The position numbers and the translations under genes are program-made. 64,000 nucleotides of DNA from Leptogorgia sarmentosa. Its lineage: Eukaryota. The notes under the pieces were generated by a model. That model was given only the letters and a program-made list of their open reading frames with translations, was not told where the DNA came from and made no database searches. The DNA lies in the NCBI GenBank assembly GCA_964658305.1, contig OZ210885.1, positions 10,416,001 through 10,480,000 of the forward strand, written 5' to 3'. This document shows positions 1-9,570 of the stretch, one piece after another (within the stretch, counting starts at the first letter, position 1; the number at the start of each line of letters is the position of its first letter).

Positions 1-1175
1 TCAGTTAGCGATACTAAACGTTCTCTTGGATGACCCATCTGATCCACATACCGGCAGGGAATACCAAGGCGATCTTTGTGCGATACATCTGGTGTTTTAT
101 CCGCCATAACCGAGTACATACCAGCATCCTCGATTTCTCTAACTATGCGTTGTTGAACCTCGTGCCCAATGAGTTCAATAAACTCGTTTTGCGATTGGGC
201 ACTTAAGTAGGTGACGTGGTATGGACGCATTCGCGACGTATCTAACCAATGCCTAAGTTCCGGGCAGTACTTTGCCACTAGTTGTACAATTTGTTTAAAG
301 TTCCCGTCATCATCGCTCTGGTGACCGCGGAAGGCAATCCCTTGACGTCCAAGGGTCTTAGTAATATCCAACAAGATCTCAATTACCCTTCTATTTTGCT
401 GAAGATCTTTCCCTTCTTGAATGAGGGCGAACCGCTTGGTTTTATCCAACAGGACATCGATGTGTCCAGAGGTTTTGGCGAAGTGAGCATAGGAAAGGAG
501 CGCACTCTTATGGGCTTGAGATGAGAAATGCTTCGCGAGTTTTCCTTGCTTTTTCGTACCAGAACTTTTGAACTTGTGCCACGATCGGACACCTTCGTTG
601 ACCCATGCACTGTCAGCCTTTTCTGCGCCAGGACCGGTACCAAACAAGCAGCAAACAAAACAAAAAGCGGAATCCTTTGATATGCTGTACTCTAGGTGAG
701 GATACTCCTTAAACCACGCTGAATTGAAACACGAATGCTTATGATCTTCATTTGCAATCCTTACAGTACCTGGATATTGTTGTAAAATAGGTTGATGCGG
801 TCCAACTCTGATAAGATACTTTTTTTGGTTTTCCGTCAGGCTGGTAGATCTTTCCCCAGGATCAAGCAATGGCAAAGTAGTATCCTCGTTGTTTTCGTCC
901 AGGTTACCTTTTGAACTTTCAAGTTTTTCAAGGACCTTGGATGATAGTTCCAAAAGTTGGTTTGAGGATTCTTTCACCTGCTTGGCGAATTCTATCATTT
1001 TGATTAAAAAATATTCTTGATTGACAATTTCAGTTGATTCAATTTCATTCACAATGGTTTCGCTTGTACGAAGTTTCGACTTGAGATATTGGAGGTGACC
1101 TGCACAGTCTATCCATGTTTCTGATTGAAGTACTTCATCTTTTTCTTTCATTTCATTTTTTTCGAATTCCAACAT
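1..1175 (-). CDS. hAT transposase exon 3, ZMYM1-like (TTF-type zinc finger plus DUF4371-like region), partial
   Basis: Acceptor TTTACAG|ATG. Manual translation stays open to the window edge and shows family motifs: FNSAWFKEYPHLEYSISKDSAFCFVCCLF, LAKHFSSQAH, LGRQGIAFRGH, GNFKQIVQL, TYLSAQSQNEFI, YSVMADKTPDVSHKDRL. Confidence 0.9.
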   Translation of the reverse strand, partial: MLEFEKNEMKEKDEVLQSETWIDCAGHLQYLKSKLRTSETIVNEIESTEIVNQEYFLIKMIEFAKQVKESSNQLLELSSKVLEKLESSKGNLDENNEDTTLPLLDPGERSTSLTENQKKYLIRVGPHQPILQQYPGTVRIANEDHKHSCFNSAWFKEYPHLEYSISKDSAFCFVCCLFGTGPGAEKADSAWVNEGVRSWHKFKSSGTKKQGKLAKHFSSQAHKSALLSYAHFAKTSGHIDVLLDKTKRFALIQEGKDLQQNRRVIEILLDITKTLGRQGIAFRGHQSDDDGNFKQIVQLVAKYCPELRHWLDTSRMRPYHVTYLSAQSQNEFIELIGHEVQQRIVREIEDAGMYSVMADKTPDVSHKDRLGIPCRYVDQMGHPRERLVSLT

Positions 1176-1441
1176 CTGTAAATTTAACAAATAACAATAA
1201 CTCAATAAGAAGGTATTATTGATCAGTTCCTTTGCCTTTGGTAAGCTTGTATGTTTGCGTGGTGGTATTGTTAATATAATACTTTTGTTCATGTAGATTA
1301 AACAACACAATTGTTTAACTTTATTCAAACAAACAATCGCGAATTTTCAAGAAAAATCTATTGAAGTCAAAACAATTTTTTATTTTTGTAAAAGAGCCTT
1401 ATCAAAAAGCACACAAAATAAACCGCTAAAAAATGAAATAC

Positions 1442-1600
1442 CATCCCCTGTTCTTTAGAGGGTTTATTAGAGGTTTTATCAAGGTCTTGCTCACATGTGA
1501 CGCGTTCGGGGCTTTGGACTTGGGCAGTCCTCAACTCTTCAGCCACGCGAGAAGGTCCAGGATTTATTGAGACAGCCGCAATAGTAGATTCTGTAGATAC
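1442..1600 (-). CDS. hAT transposase exon 2 (linker)
   Basis: Acceptor TGTAG|, 159-nt open frame VSTESTIAAVSINPGPSRVAEEL...KEQGM, donor |GTATTT; phase 0-0 joins exons 1 and 3. Confidence 0.6.
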
Positions 1601-1711
1601 CTACATGTGAACGCAGACAAACACTGCATAATTAGTGATTGATGTTACAGTGTTACCACAAATTTGTTCACAATGCTTTTTAACAGCCTTTTCTTATTAA
1701 TAATTACTAAC

Positions 1712-1912
1712 CTTTTTATTCTTTTGTGCAAAAACAAATGGGTTTGCTGGCGCACCCACGGTCTCATACGCAATAAATTTCTTCTCATTTAGCATCCTTG
1801 CATGATGCTTTTTGTTATGTTGGATTCGATAGTCGTCATCAAACGTTTGCTGACACACCAGACATCGTAGTTTCGTTCGCTTTCGCTTGCGTTTCAGTTG
1901 AGCTTTTTCCAT
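1712..1912 (-). CDS. hAT transposase exon 1 (basic NLS-like run, CxxC...H...H zinc-finger-like motif)
   Basis: ATG at 1912: MEKAQLKRKRKRTKLRCLVCQQTFDDDYRIQHNKKHH...; donor AAG|GTTAGT at 1711, phase 0. Confidence 0.7.
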
Positions 1913-2906
1913 GGTTTGCGAGAAGAACGTCGAGCACTGAAATGCTTTTGATGACTATACTTGTGTTCATATGTGTATATATGTGACTATATTTGTTCAG
2001 CGACGAGAAAAGCATGTCCTGTAAAGTTTGCGATGCAAACGTTGTTTAAATACGAGTAATATGCAGTATCCTGGTTCATTGTTTCTCTTTCTCCAGCCAG
2101 ATCTGGCAGCCGTCTTTAAAATTTGTTAAGTTACGAGTGGTTACGTCACTCACGCGTGCGCCCGCATACTAAAAACACAACCGCTGACTGTATCAAATTT
2201 CTGGCAATGCTCAGTTTCCTGAATCACCTAAGTCGGACGTATTTACGTACTTCAGAACATTTTCCAATGCCTTCATATTAAATAAATACGCAAAACCACT
2301 GATCTAGAAACCTAACAAACTATCAATGCGGATATAGCGCACGCGCTGGTCCCACCCCAAAGTCAAGGTTGGTCTAAAGGTCCAGCCAATCAAGGTTGGT
2401 CAAAAGATTAATGTTATATAGAACATTGAACACAAAATTAATAAAAATGTGCTACAATGTTTACGTAAATTGTCAACATAATAAACCTATAGTTTTGTAC
2501 TAAAAATGAAATTATACATAGACGTTCATAGGCGCTTGCTAGACTTGCTAGTGGTGTAAGACGCGCAATTCAATTATCTTTCTCTCATGTCATAATGTTC
2601 AGGAAGAGAAACACTTGTTAATCAGATTAGGCAGATTACGCTCCTTGCGGATGGGTGATACGCAAATTTTGCCGACATTTCGTCGGCATTTTCTGAATTT
2701 TCCAATATAACATCGTCATTTTTAATCTTCCGTCAGAATTTTAAAAAAAATTAGACAAATTTAAAAATTGTCCAACATTTTTCTAATTATCTGCATAAGA
2801 CCTATCTCTCGCCTTAAATTTGCCGACAGAAGTGCAATTTGTGCCGACAGAGACAACATTGGGGGGGGGTCCGGTACCCCCCTGACCCCCCTTCGCTACG
2901 CCCCTG

Positions 2907-2969
2907 GGTTCAGTGCAAGAATTCTCGCCTGCCACGCGGGAGACCGGGGTTCGAGTCCCCGCCAACGCA
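2907..2969 (+). pseudogene. tRNA-Gly(GCC) lacking its first ~8 nt, disrupted by the hAT element
   Basis: ggttcagtgcaagaattctcgcctGCCacgcgggagaccggggttcgagtccccgccaacgca matches eukaryotic tRNA-Gly; the 5' acceptor strand is replaced by the transposon terminus. Confidence 0.85.
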
Positions 2970-3059
2970 GATTATTTTCATTTTGTTGCATTTCAATTTC
3001 AACTCCAACACGAGAAACAAACTGGCTTTGTAACACAGAAATAGTCAACAAGTTATCAC

Positions 3060-3131
3060 TCCCATGTGGTCTAGTGGTTAGGATCTGGCGTTTTCTCCGC
3101 CATGGCCCGGGTTCGATTCCCGGCGTGGGAA
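3060..3131 (+). tRNA. tRNA-Glu(TTC), nearly intact (position 37 is T)
   Basis: Acceptor stem TCCCATG/CGTGGGA, anticodon arm TGGCG-TTTTCTC-CGCCA, T-loop GGTTCGATTCC. Confidence 0.8.
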
Positions 3132-3217
3132 CTTTATCTGAAAATTTCAATCTGAAGCAGCTTGTGTTCACATTTTCAAACTCGTTCACTGAAATCAAAC
3201 CATTTTAACAGCGCGAC

Positions 3218-3290
3218 GACCCTGTGGCCCAATTGGTAGCATGTCTGACTCCAGATCAGAAGGTTAAGTGTTCAATTCACTTCAAGGTCA
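3218..3290 (+). pseudogene. tRNA-Trp(CCA), degenerate
   Basis: gaccctgtggcccaattggtagcatgtctgactCCAgatcagaagg...ggtca; anticodon arm intact, D, T and acceptor stems mismatched. Confidence 0.75.
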
Positions 3291-3386
3291 AGGACTTCTG
3301 GCCACGCTGTCTCTCGAAATATTTTTCGAAATTCAAATTAAAAATATTATCGTTATTTTTACATTCCGAGAAAAGATAAATGTTTT

Positions 3387-3458
3387 TCCCATGTAGTCCA
3401 GTGGTCACGATCTGGCGCTCTCACCGCGAGGGTCCGAGTTCGATTACCGGCATGGGAA
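3387..3458 (+). pseudogene. tRNA-Glu(CTC), degenerate
   Basis: tcccatgtagtccagtggtcacgatctggcgctCTCaccgcga...gttcgattaccggcatgggaa; several stem mismatches. Confidence 0.75.
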
Positions 3459-3916
3459 TAGGGTTAGTGTTAGATGATATCGAGTTAACGTACCATGACG
3501 TCAGAATTTTATTATTAACGGAGTTTTCTCTGTAAAATGTTTTTTTTGAGGAATTTTGTGAAAAATAAAGGAGTAAAGAAATAATGGAAGAGCAGAAGAA
3601 AGAACCTATTTGTCTAATTGTCTGATAAGTTACGTTTGTAAATTCATTTTGGCCATTTCCGCGCTTGTACATGTTTATCAAAGAATGCATGAACAATCGA
3701 AACAAATTTGTCGGAAATTCGCAAATCATAAAGTTAGTTTTGAGAATGCGAAATAATTTTAAAGTGGAACTGAGAGTACCGCTTACTAGCTTGAAATATA
3801 TTCCATATTATAAATCAATCAAAGACTAAATGGTAACGTTTTACAAAGAATGAAAACAAGTGCATAATCAGTGCAGGATGGGAAAGTAATATAATTCTTC
3901 AGCAAGCTTTCGAGAA

Positions 3917-3989
3917 GCCTCATTAGCTCAGGGGTTAGAGCACTGGTTTTGTAAACCAGGGGTCCAGAGTTCAAATCTCTGATTAGGCT
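3917..3989 (+). tRNA. tRNA-Thr(TGT)
   Basis: Full 73-nt cloverleaf, CTGGT-TTTGTAA-ACCAG anticodon arm, one acceptor-stem mismatch. Confidence 0.8.
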
Positions 3990-4138
3990 TTGTTTTCTCC
4001 GAAAACGTTGAAGGACGGGGAAGACAATCGCCCAGATTGTATTCTATGTGCTGTTGAACTGTTCAGTGAGTTAAGACTGATGAAATAAAAAAGCTATTGG
4101 AAGAGTACTATGTTGGAAAAAAATGCTATGAAGATTTT

Positions 4139-4188
4139 GCACGGGTTTCGTAAACCAGCGGTCCAGAATTCAATTCTCTGATGAGGCT
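4139..4188 (+). pseudogene. tRNA-Thr(CGT) 3' fragment
   Basis: gcacgggtttCGTaaaccagcggtccagaattcaattctctgatgaggct; 5' third missing. Confidence 0.65.
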
Positions 4189-4398
4189 GTGGCAATAAGT
4201 ATCCATCGTGAATAAGAATTCATCCATTACTTTTTGTGATTGGTTACAAGGTATGCAATTAACTCTCCAGATTGTATATGTGTGACCTGAAACAAAATTT
4301 TTCAAGTGAGTTTAATGAAAACACGTGATAATACTGGAAATTCAGTTTAATTAACTTCGTAATTGGATTTATGTTCTGAGTTTCAACAGGAAGAAGTA

Positions 4399-4442
4399 GC
4401 CTCATTAGCTCCGGGGTTAGAGCACTGGTCTAGTAAACCAGC
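4399..4442 (+). pseudogene. tRNA-Thr(AGT) 5' fragment
   Basis: gcctcattagctccggggttagagcactggtctAGTaaaccag; cut at an inverted-duplication junction just after the anticodon stem. Confidence 0.7.
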
Positions 4443-4495
4443 AGAGTTTGAAAATGTGAACACAAGCTGCTTCAAATGGAAATTTTCAGAAAAAA

Positions 4496-4567
4496 TTCCC
4501 ACGCCGGGAATCGAACCCGCGCCATAGCGGTGAAAACGCCAGTTCCTAACCACTAGACAACATGGGA
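4496..4567 (-). tRNA. tRNA-Glu(TTC), mildly degenerate
   Basis: Reverse complement tcccatgttgtctagtggttaggaactggcgttTTCaccgctatggcgcgggttcgattcccggcgtgggaa. Confidence 0.75.
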
Positions 4568-4651
4568 GTGATAACTAGCTGACTATTCCTGTGTCACAAA
4601 GCCAGTTTGTTTCTCGTGTCGCATTTGAAATGCAACAAAATGAAAATAATC

Positions 4652-4703
4652 TGCGTTAGCGGGGAATCGAACCGCGGTCTCCCGCGTGGCAGGCGAGAAT
4701 TCT
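4652..4703 (-). pseudogene. tRNA-Gly(GCC), 5'-truncated
   Basis: Reverse complement agaattctcgcctGCCacgcgggagaccgcggttcgattccccgctaacgca; first ~18 nt absent. Confidence 0.8.
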
Positions 4704-4708
4704 GTTAA

Positions 4709-4780
4709 GGTTCTGTGGTGTAATGGTTAGCACTTTAGACCTTGAATCCAGCGATTCGAGTTCAAGTCTCGGCAGAACCT
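4709..4780 (+). tRNA. tRNA-Gln(TTG), mismatches in the anticodon arm
   Basis: GGTTCTG/CAGAACC acceptor stem, GTGTAATGGTTAGCAC D arm, loop CCTTGAA. Confidence 0.75.
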
Positions 4781-5274
4781 ATATTGGACAGGAGATTTAG
4801 AGGTTATTTTAAGGTCGCCAATTTTATTACCTTTCTCTTCCAACATCCTATCTTGCAATTCGGAGTTAATTGACAGAAATTGATCCATGAACAAAATGAT
4901 TGCAAAAGCAAACTTGTTATTTCAATTACAAAAGGGATACACTCTGTTAAAAGCTCTTTTAACCAATAAAATTATAAAGGAGTGAAAATCAAGAACTTAA
5001 TAAAAACCAATGGAAAAACTCTTTCCATGATGAATTAGTTTTTTTTTCATTATTCATGGATTCAAAATTTTCCAGCCTATCGCGAATAGCTTTACTGTGC
5101 TGGAATTACATCTTTATTAATCGTGTCAGCAAGCAAAAACGGTAAAATGAGAAAATATTAATGTTACTTTCTTCCGTTAAGGGTAAAATTTTTTCCGTAC
5201 GGACGTCCAAGCCGGTAAATAACATTTATTTATTTTTAGTTTATATTTCTTTCGGAAAGTTTTTCATGGTGTCA

Positions 5275-5348
5275 GTCTCTGTGGCGCAATCGGTTAGCGC
5301 GTTCAGCTGTTAACCGAAAGGTTGTTGGTTCGAGTCCAACCAGGGACG
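5275..5348 (+). tRNA. tRNA-Asn(GTT)
   Basis: Full cloverleaf gtctctgtggcgcaatcggttagcgcgttcagctGTTaaccgaaagg...cagggacg; one anticodon-stem mismatch. Confidence 0.85.
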
Positions 5349-5432
5349 TGTTTGGTGGGATGTTATACTGACGTCGTATTTCGTAACAAGGGGCGGATCC
5401 AGGCCATATCGAACGTATCAGCTGATATGGTC

Positions 5433-5826
5433 AGAAAAAACACAATAATAATGGATATTATTTTTTTACCTAAATCCAATTTTTGCCAAGCCCACATTGA
5501 AGGGGAATAAGAAACAGAACTTCAACGGTGACAAATGAATGCACGCAATGGTGATTACAATACTTTTTGGTGTTTGAAACAGATGCCGTGACCATGCAGG
5601 ATTCGAACCTGGGTTATTGCGGCCACAAATACTAACCACTATACGATCACGGTGACTACGCTGGAAGATTGGAAAATATTTTGGAACTGCTGAGATATTA
5701 CATTAATCCCATATTTTTCTTTCTCAGTACAAAGTACATTAGAGAAAATTTTGATACCATCAATGGCTTGGTGGTCTAGTGGTATGATTCTTGCTTTGGG
5801 TGCGACAGGTCACGGGTTCGATTGCT
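5433..5826. repeat. Left arm of an imperfect ~390-bp inverted repeat; partner ~6015-6405
   Basis: His(-)/spacer/Pro(+) mirrors Pro(-)/spacer/His(+), including spacer sequence such as cattaatcccatatttttc versus gaaaaatatgggattaatg. Confidence 0.9.
5584..5653 (-). pseudogene. tRNA-His(GTG), degenerate
   Basis: Reverse complement of the His gene at 6187 with a 4-nt insertion and a deletion in the anticodon stem. Confidence 0.8.
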
Positions 5827-5830
5827 GTCG
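5765..5830 (+). pseudogene. tRNA-Pro(TGG), 3' end lost
   Basis: ggcttggtggtctagtggtatgattcttgcttTGGgtgcgacaggtcacgggttcgatt, then diverges into spacer-derived sequence. Confidence 0.8.
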
Positions 5831-5922
5831 AAATTCTGTTCTTTATTCCCGTTCAATGTGGCCTTGTCAAAAAATAGTATCCATTATTGTAATGTTTTTT
5901 TCCAAAAGTTGTCAATAGTGTC

Positions 5923-5955
5923 AGTCTCAGTGGCGTATTCGGCTGTTAACCGAAA
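5923..5955 (+). pseudogene. tRNA-Asn fragment with internal deletion
   Basis: gtctcagtggcgtattcggctGTTaaccgaaa, preceded by the same upstream flank as the Asn copy at 6425. Confidence 0.6.
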
Positions 5956-6004
5956 CGATTTACGGAAGCTTTCAAAATAGAGAAGGTCTTGCTTGGTTAA
6001 TGAA

Positions 6005-6076
6005 GGGCTTGCACGGGAATCGAACCCGTGACCTCTCGCACCCGAAGCGAGAATCATACCACTAGACCAGCAAGCC
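6005..6076 (-). tRNA. tRNA-Pro(CGG), intact
   Basis: Reverse complement GGCTTGCtggtctagtggtatgattctcgcttCGGgtgcgagaggtcacgggttcgattcccgtGCAAGCCc; stems pair. Confidence 0.92.
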
Positions 6077-6186
6077 ATTGATAGTAACCAATTGTTCTCT
6101 AATGTACTTTGTACTGACGAAGAAAAATATGGGATTAATGTAATATCTCAGCCGTTCCAAAACATTTCCAATTTTGGTGCGAAGTC

Positions 6187-6258
6187 GCCGTGATCGTATA
6201 GTGGTTAGTACATTGCGTTGTGGCCGCAATAACCCAGGTTCGAATCCTGGTCACGGCA
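6187..6258 (+). tRNA. tRNA-His(GTG), intact
   Basis: GCCGTGAtcgtatagtggttagtacattgcgttGTGgccgcaataacccaggttcgaatcctggTCACGGCa. Confidence 0.92.
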
Positions 6259-6424
6259 TCTGTTTCATACAGCAAAAGTATTGTAATTACCATTACGGAC
6301 ATCGTCACCGTTGAAGTTCTGTTTATTATTCCCGTTCAATGTGGCTTTGGAAAAAATCAGATTTTGGCCAAAAATAGTATCCAATATTTTTATATTTTTT
6401 CCCGAAAGTTTTCCGAATAGTGTG

Positions 6425-6463
6425 AGTCTCTGTGGCGCAATCGGTTAGGGCGTTCGGCTGTTA
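6425..6463 (+). pseudogene. tRNA-Asn(GTT) 5' half
   Basis: gtctctgtggcgcaatcggttagggcgttcggctGTTaa, then switches to a copy of the Thr upstream flank (~4246-4398). Confidence 0.8.
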
Positions 6464-6621
6464 AAACAAGTTAACTCTCACGATTGTATAAAAAGTGTGA
6501 CCTGAAACAAAATTTTTGAACAGAATTTATTTCATGAAAAACACGTGATAATAGAGGAAATTAAGTTTAATTAACTCAGTTCGTAATGATTTATATTCTG
6601 ACTTTCATACGGAAAGAAGTA

Positions 6622-6704
6622 GTCTCATTAGCTCAGTTGTTCTCAGTTGTTAGAGCACTTGTCTTGTAAACCAGAGGTCCAGAGTTGAAATCTCTGATGA
6701 GGCT
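6622..6704 (+). pseudogene. tRNA-Thr(TGT) with a 10-bp tandem duplication in the D arm
   Basis: gtctcattag(ctcagttgtt)x2agagcacttgtctTGTaaaccagagg...atgaggct. Confidence 0.8.
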
Positions 6705-7111
6705 CAAAAGTAGCGTTACCGAAGTTTGGCCTGTTTGTTTTGGGGATGGAGAACAATTTTTAAAGTGAAACTCAGAGCTCATCTTACTTGTAACATACTC
6801 GATATTGTACGTAATGTAATTTAATCAAAGATTAAACAGTAATGTTTTACAAAGAAAGAAAACAATTGCAAATAATTGCAAAACCATTGCTATTATACTA
6901 GCTCTATCCCTCATACCAAATCTTTCAGTGTTTTCTGTATTTAAGTCTTTGTTGTCATGATTTTGCTTTTCTAAAATAAATATTTTGCTGATCATGTTTA
7001 AAGTGAAACAATTTCCTAGAACTTCAAACCCAGAATATTTTGATTTTGTTGCATTTCAATTTCAATTGCAACACAAATTGAAAATCATTCTTGGCATGTT
7101 TCATAACCTTA

Positions 7112-8670
7112 ACTAGAAATACATACATGCAGCAACCCCTCGCCTTACTAACCAATTAATGCAATTATATTTTTGGAACATGAAGTACTTCAAAGGCTGC
7201 CTGAGGTTGTTGTCATGGCAACACGATCGGAATTCATATTTCTGTATTTTTTGAAAACTGTCAAATAACATATATTTATCTTTGTTTTATTGGCATTTTT
7301 TTTTTAAATTTCGAGAACCATTTGTTATCCGTACGTTATTAAGACTAATATAAACTTGAATTTGGTGCGAAATACTACATTTATTTGTACAAAACGTTTT
7401 AAATATAAAATATACAAGTCAGTCTTTGATATGAAACAATTTCCAGCCAATGTTCGCTCGTGTTCTTTTGGGGTAAAGTTTGTAAATATTTTGTGAAGTC
7501 TTGCCTTTAAAACGATAAACTTATACTCTGGAATTGAGCTGTGAATAGATTAAATGCGGCTACGGCGACCTTTCATGAAAATAGTAGACTGTAGATAGTA
7601 AATACGCAAAACAAACGTTCACTGCCGGCAACATATTGACGAACTTATCTTGTGTTTCAATCCGTAGTCGTTTGTGCTCCTTTCTCAGCGTTTTATATCT
7701 TCTGAGAAGGCTTTTCAAGTCCTACAGCGTAGATCTTGTCTTTATTTTCGCCTTTCCAAAAGCTTTAAGCCTTTAAAAAGCTTCGGCTCGTCATGATGGT
7801 CCAGCATAATTTTGAGATCAGTGATGACCACCCTTACGCATTTTGCTCTTACCACTGAGCTAAAGAAATACTGGAGAGAGTGCACGGCATCAAAAAGTGA
7901 AGCCAAAATTATGGCGTGGATTCATGCTTGCCACGCCAGATCCACGCCACTGGTTCCTAATTTTCATTGGAGCACCACTGACCACAACTAACTTTGAGCC
8001 CACTAAAGACTTGTTTTGGCGAAAATATTTTGGTTTTTGCAAAGGATTTTTCGGTTTTTCTTCCTTTTTTGACATTCTGATATCATTTGCTGCCTTCAAG
8101 ACGACTGAAGAAGTGGCGACATCCATTCTAGCTAGTTAAAAATTAAGCGACACAGATATTCAGAGCTCGAAAATCTCATTTGAAACTTGAAAGGTAGTCT
8201 TTTTAGAAAATATTTTATTCAATTTTTTGCATAAAAAAGGGATTACATTTACCTTTTTGGTTGAAAAAACTCTGCTTTTTTTATAAGGATTGCGAAACCG
8301 TTTCAGCCGTGCAAAAATTCGGCCTTTTCGTCTTGATTTTTTCAATATAAAAACAAAATTTCGGCTTTTTTTTACAAAAACATCGTCGGTCGGAAACATG
8401 AGACCGCTGTTGGTCAGTGGAAATTATGTGAGAAATAGGAACCAGTGGCGTCAGCAACGGTAAAATCCGCCATGTTTTTGGCTTCACTCCTTTGTATGAA
8501 AAAAGTCGAGTGCACTCTCTCCAGTAATATTATATCTCAGTGGCTCTTACACCTTGACCCAAAATGGCCGCCAAATCGAGGAACTTTGGACACGCTATAG
8601 CGGAATTATTACCCTCGCCCCGGGCTAACGCCCGGACGGCGCTTCGCGCCGTGGCTCGGGGATAAAATAA
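7112..8670 (+). mobile_element. Unclassified interspersed repeat; inverted relative at ~40505-41165; carries a nested MITE
   Basis: 7112-7830 aligns to the reverse complement of 40590-41165 (e.g. gttgtcatggcaacacgatcgg, gcggctacggcgacctt). Ends in a GC-rich hairpin region at 8615-8665. Boundaries approximate. Confidence 0.7.
7852..8543. mobile_element. Non-autonomous TIR element (MITE) with apparent 6-bp TSD
   Basis: Termini CCACTGAG...TACTGGAGAGAGTGCAC / GTGCACTCTCTCCAGTA...CTCAGTGG, imperfect TIR about 120 bp; CTCTTA at 7846-7851 and 8544-8549. Confidence 0.85.
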
Positions 8671-8836
8671 AACGGGACATCTTTCCTTTATTTTTGTAGA
8701 TGGAAAACGGACATTGAATCTGTCACTTTAAACACTCAGCCACCACCACCGAGAACACAACTTCCTCTCATCCAGTTTTTCCCCCCAAAAAAATCGTGTT
8801 TGCATTCGAGACAAAAATGTTGAAGGCTTTGCAAAA

Positions 8837-8911
8837 CGTAGTCGGCAGGATTTGAACCTGCGCGGGAAACTCCCAACAGATTTCGAGTCTGTCACCTTAA
8901 CCACTGGGCCA
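8837..8911 (-). pseudogene. tRNA-Ser(CGA) lacking the 5' acceptor strand
   Basis: Reverse complement tggcccagtggttaaggtgacagactCGAaatctgttgggagtttcccgcgcaggttcaaatcctgccgactacg (long variable arm). A matching 5' piece gtagtcgtggccgag lies at 9251-9265. Confidence 0.85.
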
Positions 8912-9570
8912 GGATTAGAAAAACAAAAAGAAAAAGAAAAGACAATATTTTCTGTTTGGACTCTCATATAATATTCTCAACGATAAAGTGTGTCCAGTGA
9001 AAATAAAGATCAGTGCTTGGTAACCAAGCCTTAAAGTGATTCCAAAAAAAAATTCTGCTTGCGCCACAGAGACTGATACTACTAAAAACCTGCGGAAAAA
9101 AATAGAAAAATAATGAATCCTATTTTTGGGCAAAAATCTGATTTTGGCCAAGGCCACATTGAACGGTGACGATGCCTGCAATGGTAATTACAATACTTTT
9201 TGGTGTTTGAAACAGTTGCCGTGACCAGGATCACAGGATCGCCTCAATTGCTCGGCCACGACTACGTTGCTGCAACCAACAGGTTTCGCGTTGTTCAACT
9301 AAACATTGACGTCTACAACTCACCTACACTCTCAGCTTTATACACTGTGAATAATATGAAGTAGAGTAGTGAGCGGAGTTTACCACGTGGGGCCTGGGGC
9401 CAACGTTGCTTGAGAATAGAATGGATTGTTTTGGGTGTTTCTTTCTTAATAATATATAAATGAAAGCATTACTCAAAGTTGGCCAATTCTTTCGTTATAA
9501 TGTTCATATTCCACAAGATGCCGAACATATTCACAAACACCTTCAAATAATAAATCAGAGTTAGTTAAAA

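Larger units (their letters stand above)
1..2906 (-). mobile_element. hAT-superfamily DNA transposon, 5' part (left end outside window)
   Basis: Terminus reads CAGGGGCGTAGCGAAG on the minus strand (cttcgctacgcccctg, 2891-2906). A spliced ZMYM1/TTF-zinc-finger-type transposase lies inside. The same terminus bounds two MITEs in this window that have 8-bp TSDs. Confidence 0.85.
4444..4703 (-). repeat. Inverted copy of ~2918-3183 (Gly-spacer-Glu module)
   Basis: Spacers match as reverse complements, e.g. gagtttgaaaatgtgaacacaagctgcttca versus tgaagcagcttgtgttcacattttcaaactc. Confidence 0.9.

Noticed and set aside
2768..3729. ORFs overlapping the tRNA genes
   Set aside because: Chance frames across GC-rich tRNA and transposon-end sequence.
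8706..8750. Degenerate Ser/Leu-like tRNA 5' half on the minus strand
   Set aside because: Too short and diverged to assign with confidence.
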